DNA of 64,000 nucleotides, taken from the human T2T-CHM13v2.0 reference genome, Homo sapiens. How positions within the stretch are numbered: the first letter of the stretch is position 1; each line of letters opens with the position of its first letter. A program made the position numbers and the translations under genes. The notes beneath the pieces are model-generated. The model did not search any database. It saw only the letters and a program-made list of their open reading frames with translations, and was not told where the DNA came from. The stretch is from the NCBI RefSeq assembly GCF_009914755.1, contig NC_060933.1; one strand, given 5' to 3'. This document shows, in pieces, positions 1-10,679 of the stretch.

Positions 1-520
1 TGAGTTCAAGTCTTCAATATCCTTGTTAATTTTCTGTCTCGTTGATCTTTCTAATATTGACAGTGGGGTGTTAAAGTCGCCCACTATTATTAAGTGAGAG
101 TCTAAGTCTCTTTGTAGGTCTCTAATAACTTTCTTTATAAGTCTAGGTGCTCCTGTATTGGGTGCATATATATTTAAGATAGTTAGCTCTTTTTGTTGCA
201 TTGATCCCTTTACCATTATGTAATGCCCTTCTTTGTCTTTTTTATCTTTGTTGGTTTAAAGTCTGTTTTATCAGACACTAGGATTGCAACCCCTGCTTTT
301 TTTTTTTTTTTTTTTGCTTTCCATTTGCTTAGTAAATATTCCTCCATCCCTTTATACTGAGCCTATGTGTGTCTTTGCATGTGAGATGAGTCTCTTGAAT
401 AAAGCACACTGATAGTCCTTGACTCTTTATCCAATTTGCCAGTCTGTGTCTTTTAACTGGGGCATTTAGCCCATTTAGGTTGAAGGTTAATATTGTTATG
501 TGTGAATTTGATCCTTTCAT
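1..520 (-). pseudogene. L1 ORF2p endonuclease N-terminus, disrupted
   Basis: MKGSNSHITILTFNLNGLNAPVKRHRLANWIK...IQETHL; stop at 329-331, expanded A-run at ~296-315; 62-nt inter-ORF spacer. Confidence 0.95.
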
Positions 521-582
521 TATGATGCTAGCTGGTTATTTTGCCGTTAGTTGATGCAATTTCTTCATAGTGTTGATGGTCT

Positions 583-1604
583 TTACAATTTGGTATGTTT
601 TTGCACTGGCTGATACCAGTTTTTCCTTTCCTTATTTAGTGCTTCCTTCAGGAGCCCTTGTAAGGCAGGCCTGGTAGTGACAAAATCTCTCAGCATTTGC
701 CTGTCCTTAAAGGAATGTATTTCGCCTTCACTTATGAAGCTTACTTTGGCTGGATATGAAATTCTGGGTTGAAAATCCTTTTCTTTAAGAATGTTGAATA
801 TTGGCCCCCACTCTCTTCTGGCTGTAGGGTTTCTGCAGAGAGAACCACTGTTAGTGTGATTCGCTTCCCTTTGTGGGTAACCCACCCTTTCTCTCTGGCT
901 GCCCTTAACATTTTTTCCTTCATTTCAACCTTGCTGAATCTGATGATTACATTTCTTGGGGTTGCTCTTCTCGAGGAATATCTTTGTGGTGTTTGTATTT
1001 CCTGAATTTGAATATTGCCCTGTCTTGCTAGGTTGGGGACATTCTCCTTGATAATATCCTGAAGTGTATTTTCCAAGTTGGTTCCATTCTCCCTGTCACT
1101 TTCATGTACACCAATCAAACGTAGATTTGGTCTTTTCACATAGTCTCATATTTTTTGGAGACTTTGTTCATTCCTTTTCATTCTTTTTTCTCTAATCTTG
1201 TCTTCATGCTTTATTTCATTAAATTCATCTTCAGTCTCTGATATCCTTTCTTCAGCTTTATCAATTCAGCTACTGATACTTGTGTATGCTTCATGAAGTT
1301 CTCATGCTGTGTTTTTCAGTTCCATCAGGTCATTTATGTTTTTCTCTAAACTGGTTATTCTAGTTAGCAATTCCCCCAACCTTTTTTCAAGGTTCTTAGC
1401 TTCCTGGTATTGGGTAAGAACATGCTCCTTTAGCTCAGAGGAGCTTGTTATTACCCACCTTCTGAAGCCTACTTCTGTCAATTCATCAAACTCATTCTCC
1501 ATCCAGTTTTGTTCCCTTGCTGGTGAGGAGTTGTGATCCTTTGGAGGAGAAGAGGTGTTCTGGTTTTCAGAATTTTCAGACTTTTTGTGCTGTTTTTTCT
1601 TCAT
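583..1604 (-). pseudogene. L1 ORF1p, disrupted by stop and frameshift
   Basis: MKKKQHKKSENSENQNTSSPPKDH..., KRPNLRLIGV, REWGPIFNILKEKDFQPRISYPAK...KHTKL*, split over three ORFs; stop at 1302-1304. Confidence 0.95.
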
Positions 1605-2303
1605 CTTTGTGGATTCATTCACCTTTGGTCTTTGATGTTGCTCACCTTTGGATGGGGTTTTGGCGTGGATGTCCTTTCTGTTGATGTTCATGCTGTTCCT
1701 TTCTGTTTGTTAGTTTTCCTTCTAACACGCCCTTCTGCTGCAGGTCTGCTGGAGTTTGCTGGAGGTCTACTCCACAACCTGTTTGCTGGGTATCACCAGC
1801 AGGGGCTGCAGAACAGCAAAGATTGCTGCCAGCTCCTTCCTCTGGAAGCTTCATTCCAGAGGGGCACCTGCCAGATCCCAGCCAGAGCTCTCCTGTATGA
1901 GGGGTCTGTCGACCCCTGCTGGGAGGTGTCTCCCACTCACGAGGCATGGAGGTCAGGGACCCACTTGAGGAGGCAGTCTGCCCCTTAGCAGAGCTTGAGC
2001 ACTGTGCAGGGAGATCTGCTGCTCTCTTCAGAGCCAGCAGGCAGGGACGTTTAAATCTGCTGAAGCTATACCCACAGCTGCCCCTTCCCCCAGGTGCTCT
2101 GTCCCAGGGAGATCAGAGTTTTATCTATAAGCCCCTGACTGGAGCTGCTGCATTTCTTTCAGAAATGCCCTGCCCAGAGAGGAGGAATCGAGAGAGTCTG
2201 GCTACAGCAGCTTCACCGAGCTGTGGTGGGCTCCATTCAGTTTGAACTTCCCGGTGGCTTTGTTTACACTGTGAGGGGAAAACTGCCTAGTCAAGCCTCA
2301 GTA

Positions 2304-2522
2304 ATGGCTGATGCCTCTCCCGTAACCAAGCTCGAGCCTCCCAGGTCAACTTCAGACTGCTGTGCTGGCAGCAAGAATTTCAAGCCAGGGGATCTTAGTT
2401 TGCTAGGCTCCATGGGGGTGGGATCAACTGAGCTAGACCACTTGGCTCCCTGGCTTCGGCCCCCTTTCCCAGGGCATGAATGGTTCTGTCTCACTGGCAT
2501 TCCAGGTGCCACTGGGATATGA
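2304..2522 (+). other. ORF0-like antisense ORF (72 aa) in the L1 5'UTR
   Basis: gtaATGG; MADASPVTKLEPPRSTSDCCAGS... resembles the L1HS ORF0 N-terminus MAGAPPPASLPPCSLISDCCAS. Confidence 0.6.
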
Positions 2523-2919
2523 AAAAAAAAAAAAAAAAACTCCTACAGCTAGCCCAAATGGCCACCCAGTTTTATGCTTTAAACCCAGGCCCCTGGTGGT
2601 GTAGGCACCCAAGGGAGGAACCTCCTGGTCTGCAGGTTGTGAAGACCATGGGAAAAGCATAGTATCTGGGCTGGAATGCACCATTCCTTAGGGCACAGTC
2701 CCTCATGGCTTCCCTTGGGTAAGGGAGGGAGTTCCCCAACCCGTTGCATTTCCCAGGTAAGGCAATGCCCCAGCCTGCTTTGGCTCACCCTCCGTGGGCT
2801 GCACCCACTGTCTAACTAGTCCCAGTGAGATAAGCCGGGTATCTCAGTTGGAAATGCAGAAATCACCCACCTTATGCATTGATCTTGCTGGGAGCTGCAG
2901 ACTGGAGCTGTTCCTATTC

Positions 2920-2929
2920 GGCCATCTTG
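2920..2929 (-). promoter_or_regulatory. L1 internal promoter YY1 site
   Basis: CAAGATGGCC on minus strand, ~10 nt from the L1 5' end. Confidence 0.8.
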
Positions 2930-3139
2930 CCAGCCACCCAGGGATTTTCTTTTTAGCTTTCCCTATGGTAGCTTCGTGGCTCATTAAAATGGAAAATGTC
3001 TTTGCAGACTCCTATCTGTGCTCTTTGGGATCTAAACCATTTCTTTCAGACTCTTCAATAATCACTTTTTCCACTAAAAATTTAACAGATAAGACTTCTC
3101 CAGTGAATTGCCATGTAGCTCGCTGAGATCAAAATTGGA

Positions 3140-3990
3140 AACAGTATTACATCTTGAACTTAATATGCTCCAAACAGGATTATTGATTTCTAACTCTCCT
3201 AAACCTGTTCTTCTGGTTTTCTTCATTTAAGTAAATGGTACCACAAATCATCTAATTACTAAAGCCAAAACCCAGGAGACATCCGAATTCCTCCATTTCT
3301 CTCACCCCCAACATCCAACCCATCAAGGCTTATTGGTGGTAACTCCAAAGCATGTCTTTAATTCATCCAATTCACTGTATGTCCGCTGCTACCATCTAAG
3401 TCCAAGCCATTATTTGTCTTACATAGCTCACTGCAATAGCCTCCTAACTGGTCATGATTCTACTTTTGTCCCACTGCAGTACACTCTCTCCTGAGTGACT
3501 ACATTGGTCTCAGCAGGCCATATCACTTTCTGGCACAAACCCATCTTCCCAGAAGCATCCCATTACACATAAAATCCAAGCCATTTATGAAACCCCACTC
3601 TATTGGACCCCTTCCCCTCTGAACCCCTCTCCTCCATGGCCCCTCACTCACTAGACAACAGCTTTCTTTCTGTTTTCCTAATATGATGAGATCATTCTTG
3701 TGTTAGATCTGTGGATACTTGGAACATTCTGGTCATTTCAAGTCTTATCCTAAAAAAGACCTCCTAACAGTAACTTCAGTAATAACTACTCAATCACACA
3801 TCTCTCCCGTTACCTTGTGGTGTTTTAATCATAGTACTTATCTTTATTTAAAATTATTTTGTTTATTTTCTAATTATTTGTCAAATGTCATATCCACAGA
3901 AAACAGCTTGTTTTAGTCCACACTTGAGCTCCAGATCCTATAAGAGTGCCTGGCACCAAGTAGGAACTCAATAAATATGTGTTTAACGAT
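3140..3990 (+). mobile_element. L2 (L2a-like) 3' fragment
   Basis: Typical L2 text ending gtgcctggcaccaagtaggaactcaataaatatgtg. Confidence 0.7.
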
Positions 3991-4639
3991 TGGATCTATT
4001 TTAGTACTGCATTTACTGAGCAATACATGAATTCCTTAAAAGCCAGTCAGTTCTTTTTCACAAGAATTTTTTCAGTGCTTTAGTAAGTGCTAGGCATAAT
4101 GCCAGAGGCATAAATCCTAAAATCTTAACTTTGCATAGCTTGTGCTCCGTTCTGTCCACTGGAGGCCCTCAATACATTGTGATTGATATTGCATGATCAA
4201 TTGATGATGCCCAGATAAGATTACTACAGGAGATATTGAACATTTTGACAGTGTCCTACACCATTATGGGAACGGAGACTACTAATATATTTAAAGCACA
4301 GAATTGTAACTAAGAGAAAATGTTGGGTCACTAATAATAATATGCTAGTATATTACTATAGCTGCTATATTATAATTATTTTTAAAATAGCCACTGCATA
4401 GGACATCCCTGAACTGATGGTCACATGGTGAGCACACTGTGCCAGAAAAGCGCCAATGACCAAGAGACAGTTTCACTCACTAGGCTACCACTCTCTAGTA
4501 GCACTGATGCAAATGCAGAGATTGACTCCAGCATGAGCAACTTGCTTTCTAAGATCCAGAGTCTTATAGCACCTGCCAGAATGGGCTACGTCAGGTAAGT
4601 GTCTGTACCAGCTTGCAGGACATGACATGGAATCAAGGC

Positions 4640-4960
4640 AATTTATGAAGTGTTTACTGTGCATCTACAGTGTGCCAGGCACTCTGGTGGGCATGGAGTT
4701 TCAGAGATAACTGAGACATAAGCCTGCTTAATTATGGGTTATTTATTGAAACTCAAGGCTCTGTCCTCCTAATTTTCCTTCTTTGAGGACTAATTACAAG
4801 TCATTTTAATATAATAATAAGAGCTTTGCAAATATTAATTCACTCTATCTTTGCAAAATATCTGTGAAGTGGTATTATAATCATCCCCATTTAAAAAATT
4901 TAGGAAGCTGTGATATAGTGAGATGAAGGAACTAGCACAAGACGCATCTGATATGTGGAG
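4640..4960 (-). mobile_element. L2 3' end and MIR fragments
   Basis: gtgccaggcactctg; atcatccccattt...gaagctgtga MIR-core-like. Confidence 0.5.
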
Positions 4961-6946
4961 GAACCTTGCCTATTCCACCAGCATCTCCACTGAACTCTAA
5001 AACCTCAATCCTGCACCTCACCCTGCATCTGATTTTACTTCTCATGAAGTTAGCCATCTAGATCTTGTATCCTAACTTCTTCCTCTGCTTATTGTTTTTG
5101 GTAACATCTCAACCTTCCCTTGCTAAGATCCTAAACCAGCTCTCTCTTTCTCCCTGATTGATGTACAGTTATCCTTCCATCCCAACTTCAAGTTTCATTG
5201 ATAGAAACTGTCTATGCACTGTGATGACTATTCAAATGGACTGGTTGCTTTGGATTCATTCATTCAAAAAAATTGGGATACTATATTCCCCACATAGACA
5301 TCTTGGAAAATGCATTCAGATAGGAAGTGAAGGCAGCTCAACAACCACAGACAAGTATTTTGAATCCCTGCAAATAAGTTGCAATATAAATGCAAGACTA
5401 TCATCTTTTCCAATAACTTAATTTGCCAAAGGGACACAGTTCCCAGACCAATGAAGATGAAGAGTGTTAGAAAGCTGAAAATGACAATTACAATTTCCCC
5501 CCAAGTGGCCCACATTTTTGAGTGTGCTGTCTATTTGCATTCATTTTCGGTTTTCTAACACTCTTCTCTTTCTACCCTGTTACCCTCCGGTCTTTTTAAT
5601 GAGGCATTTCTGTGTATGTGTGGTATGTGTATATATTTTATTTTTATATTGGAAGGAAATGGCTGTGTACAACTGCATTTGTTATAAATAGGAAAGTCAG
5701 TCAGCAAGTGATTAAGAGCTCCACAATGAGTCATAAATATTAAATTTCTCTTAGAGCTTTTGGCACTATGCAATGTTGTTTCCCAAATAATGTGCATATA
5801 ACCCCAGGTCTTATTGGCATATGAACCATAGGTTAAGACTATATTGCTGGTTTTATCCCTAAGTCCTCCTAGAATATAGCCTACTTTCCAATGTGCAAAC
5901 ACTCAGAACACCCCTTCTTCCCCTTAATTGTGTTTATCTGAAAGTCCCACAAGAAGGGAGTGTAAGTTCCCATGTAATTTTCCTACTGCTGGTACTTCTG
6001 CTGTCCTTATGTTCCAACTCAATGCTTGCCGTCCTTCTGATTTGTTTTCTAATCATTTGGCTTGAAGAACTTCCTAGGACTCTCCTGGGGCTGCACATGA
6101 GGAAACACTGACCTAACCTTTACTTCCTGTGCCCTTGAAATGTCTGCTGTTGCCACCTGGAGCTCTGTAACTGCCTGGCTGTGAATCTCCATCACCAAAT
6201 GCCACCTGCAATGGTTCTCTGAGCTGGCAAAACTCTGTCAGGCTGCCCATGTGTTGTCCCTGAGCTGCTTTTGACCTCTGCTGCTCATCTCTCCAGCTGA
6301 TGGAAAAAAACCTTTACTGCTTCATGTCCTACTGTTTGTAAAGTAAGAGGGAGATCTTTCACTACAGTCACTTGAGTATCCTAGTGTTGAAGATCTAGTT
6401 GTTGAGATTCTTTTTTTACAGGCTTGTCCTGAGCCCATCCACATTTTCCAAGGCATCAGACGTAACGGTTTATGTCTCAATTCCAACTGCAAGAAGTATT
6501 CAAGCGTTTCCCTGTGCCCCAAGGAGGTGCCACAGTATTTAGCACTATGCCACTCCCTTTTGCCAACTTTTGACTAGGTGAATTGAAAATACAGAGGCAA
6601 GAAATGGGTTTGATAGCAGGGAGGAGTAGGGCTGGATGTAGAGTAGGAGTTAGTCAATGCTGAGAGTCAGGCTGGACAAAAAAAGGATCTCAGTGTTTAC
6701 TCTGCCATGCCAAAAAGAATATTAGAAAATATGCCTAGAATGGAAAGGAAAGCAAACATAAAACAGAAGGGCCAGGCCACAGTAGATCAAAACCTAGGAA
6801 AATCAAGAGGAAAAGAAGGCTCAAGTGCAGAGCAAAAAGTGGAGGTTCAAGACCAAAGCACATGACTGGCATGGAGGATGTATCATAAAAGGCAAGAAAA
6901 TCCATAGAAAGCAAGAACAACAACAAGATAAGCTGAAGAGCAGCAG

Positions 6947-7495
6947 TGTTACTGGGTAGAATTTTCCAGTCGTGATTTGTCCAGGTTCTTGGTATATCGA
7001 ACAAAGAATTGAACAGCATGCATGAACAATCAGTGAAAGCATAGATTTATTGGAGCAGAAGGCAACAGTAGTGAAAGTACACTCCATGGAAAAGGAACAG
7101 GCCCAAGCAAGTGGCTCAAGATACCTGGTAGCAAAGTCTTCTGGGGTTTAAGTGCCCTTTAGAGGTCTCCCATTGGTTACACCCTATGTAAATGAAGAGC
7201 TGGCCCATGGCCAATTAGAGGCAGAAGTGAATTGGCCTGCAGCCAATCCACGACTGTCATGGATTGGTGTCTTATGCAAATGAAGGTCCCGGAATGGGCC
7301 AATCATAGGCCAGAGTGCAGGTCTGGTCTGTGGCCAATCAGCAGCTGGCATGAATTGGCACCTTATGCAAATGAAGGTCCCAGCAGACTAATCATTGGCC
7401 AGGGTGAAGGGTTTTTTTTCTTTTAATTTAATTCCACGAAGTTTGTGTGAATCAGCCTTAGGTTCCCTGCCTTCAGACTCTACTCTCCTGCCTCA
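6947..7495 (-). mobile_element. ERV1 solo LTR, MER51-family
   Basis: TG...CA termini; 4-bp TSD gcag (6943-6946, 7496-7499); minus start TGAGGCAGGAGAGTAGAGTCTGAAGGCAGGGAACCTAAGG. Confidence 0.8.
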
Positions 7496-8817
7496 GCAGC
7501 ATCAGTAGCAAGGAGGGACCAAGAGACCAAGGCAGCCAGCTTCCTAAGACTGAACTGACTCTGCTCTTCTCTTGCTCAGTTGAAAGCTAATCTCAAGTAA
7601 ACTCAGCCTGAAGATCTAAGGGGAATTATATCAAAAAATAGCACATCTGTAGACAGCAAAGAGCAGTTATTTGAGGCATTTCCTTTAGAATAACCAGGAC
7701 ATCAAATAAGATGATGAGCTCTGTGCACACATATTTTAGAGAAACTCCACAGCTCAGGAGCAGATTAGGTCCTAGAAACTCCTAAACCTGGGGACTGCCT
7801 AAGCTGTCCCTAAATCTACTTGTCTATAAGTCCAAAGGGAAAACATTCATGTGACCACTGTCACCATCTGCTGTTGGCAGAGAGAGGAAATATGATTTTT
7901 CTCTGGCTTTGGCCCCTGTTTGCCTCCATAAAATTCCACAGTTGAAAATCCTGAAATAGATTAGTGTCTTTACAAGCAAAAGCAGAATGTGGATGGACAA
8001 AAACCATGTGTGGAAAGTGAGTGATTCAGGGACCTGGATCTTCCTCTCCTTTCAAAGCTCTCATCTCCCCAAACCACCATTGCTTAGTCCTCTGCATGCC
8101 AATTAAAGTCAACAAACACTTACTGAGAGCTCTCATTAGGCCAGGCTCTGGGCTAAACACCAAGAGAAACAAAGAAAAAGAAGACTCAGTCTCTACTTTC
8201 AAGAAGCTTCCCATCTAGTAGGGAAGTCAGTCAAATAATTCCAAGTAATTACATCTTCTGTGTTACAGATTCCCAACAGGATGCAGGAGTCTTGAAGGGT
8301 GATTTTGTTTGCAAATTGAGAAAAGTTTGGAGAAATCTCCCTTTAGCATTTGAAGCAACATGTAAGAAATGCATGGAACAGAGTCTTTTGGATAAAGAAG
8401 GCTGATTGAGTATATGCATTTCATTTCACTCCCTACTAAAGCCCTCCAAATATGTACCAAGGAAATTTTTGAACCATATATGCACAAGAACAAAAGAGAT
8501 TGGAAGAGGAGGCAACAGTCACAGAACTTTGGAATCTGGAGCAGATTAAGTAAAGCTGCGAAAGCTGAACCCTAAACTAGTAGTGGAGAAGCCAAGAGGG
8601 AAATTGATCTATTCCACAAAAGCTACCAAAGGCTCCGGAACTGATGGTCCCAGGTATCTCTGAAACTAAGCAAGAGGGTGATACTAAATGTCAGAGGAAA
8701 GCCTGTTTAAGAAGAAGGTTAAATCCCTGATCCCTTCCCGCAGTCTGTTTAGTCAAGTATTGTCCCTCTCTCACTATCTCTTTAATGAGCATAAATCAGA
8801 GAATTTCTGAACTAAGG

Positions 8818-9176
8818 TATATTAGTCTGTTCTCACGCTACTAATAAAGACATACTTGAAACTGGGTAATTTACAAAGGAAAGAGGCTTAACTGGCTCAC
8901 AGTTCCACATGGCTAGGGATGCCTCATAATCATGGCAGAAAGCAAAGGGGAAGCAAGACACATCTTACATGGCAGCAGGCAAGAGAGCTTGTGTAAGGGA
9001 ACTCCCATTTATAAAATCCTCAGATCTCATGAGACTTATTCACTACCATGAGAACAGCATGGGAAGGACCTGCCCCTATGATTCAATTACCTCCCACCCG
9101 GTCCCTTCCATGACATGTGAGAATTATTACAATTCCAGGTGAGATTTGGGTGGGGACACAGAGCCAAACCATATCA
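8818..9176 (-). mobile_element. THE1 (B/C-like) MaLR solo LTR
   Basis: tattagtctgttctcacgct...gagccaaaccatatca; TSD taagg/taggg. Confidence 0.9.
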
Positions 9177-9479
9177 TAGGGGATACCAGGTATAGTCCAG
9201 GGAGAAGGTATAATATAGAAACAGGAAAAATAAATGAATGTTGATGCATAGAATGTTGGAAAGCCCAGTCCTCTTCTCTCAGTGAATTTCCAGAACACTA
9301 TCAGACAGATTGAGCCCTGCAGGATACTAGAGAACTTTTCTGCGGAATCTGAAAATAGCCCAAAGGGCAAACCTGAAAGTAATGACACAATGCTTCTCTA
9401 GCCATATCCTTACTCAGGGAGACCCATCCTCAGAAAATCCAGCTAGCTTGTTAGTAGTGCCTCATTCTGAAAATATGAG

Positions 9480-10310
<831 letters not shown>

Positions 10311-10360
10311 TACACACACACAACCAAAATTCACCAGACATCTGAGGAAGTAGTCTAACA

Positions 10361-10679
10361 CAGAATTGCCCATTAGAAGTATAACGCAAGTTACATATGT
10401 ACTTTTAAATTTTTTAGTAGTCATATTAAAATAAATTTTTAAAGTGCTAAAATTAATTTTAGTAATATATTGTATTTACCTCAGTATATCCTTAATATTA
10501 TCATCTCAACATGTAAACAATACAAAAAAATTAGTGAGATATTTTACACTCTTTTTTCATTCTAACTTCTGAAAATCCAGACTATATTTTATATTTATAG
10601 TATGTCTCAGCTTGGACTAGTCAAATTTTAATTACTCAATAGCCCAGGTGTCCAGTGGCTACGGTATTAGACAGCATGG
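10361..10679. mobile_element. MER33-like hAT-Charlie MITE
   Basis: Terminal repeats cagaattgcccattag / tattagacagcatgg; 8-bp TSD gtctaaca/gtctaaaa. Confidence 0.8.

Larger units (their letters stand above)
1..2939 (-). mobile_element. LINE-1 (L1PA7/L1PA8-like) 5' portion, continues beyond the left edge
   Basis: Minus-strand start GGGTGGCTGGCAAGATGGCCGAATAGGAACAGCTCC; ~1335-nt 5'UTR, longer than L1HS; ORF1 and ORF2 peptides in ORF track; flank reads ct/aaaaagaaaatccct on minus, like an L1 endonuclease site. Confidence 0.95.

Noticed and set aside
1533-2245. 151-aa and neighbouring + strand ORFs
   Set aside because: Antisense translations of the L1 5'UTR/ORF1, mostly non-ATG starts; not host genes
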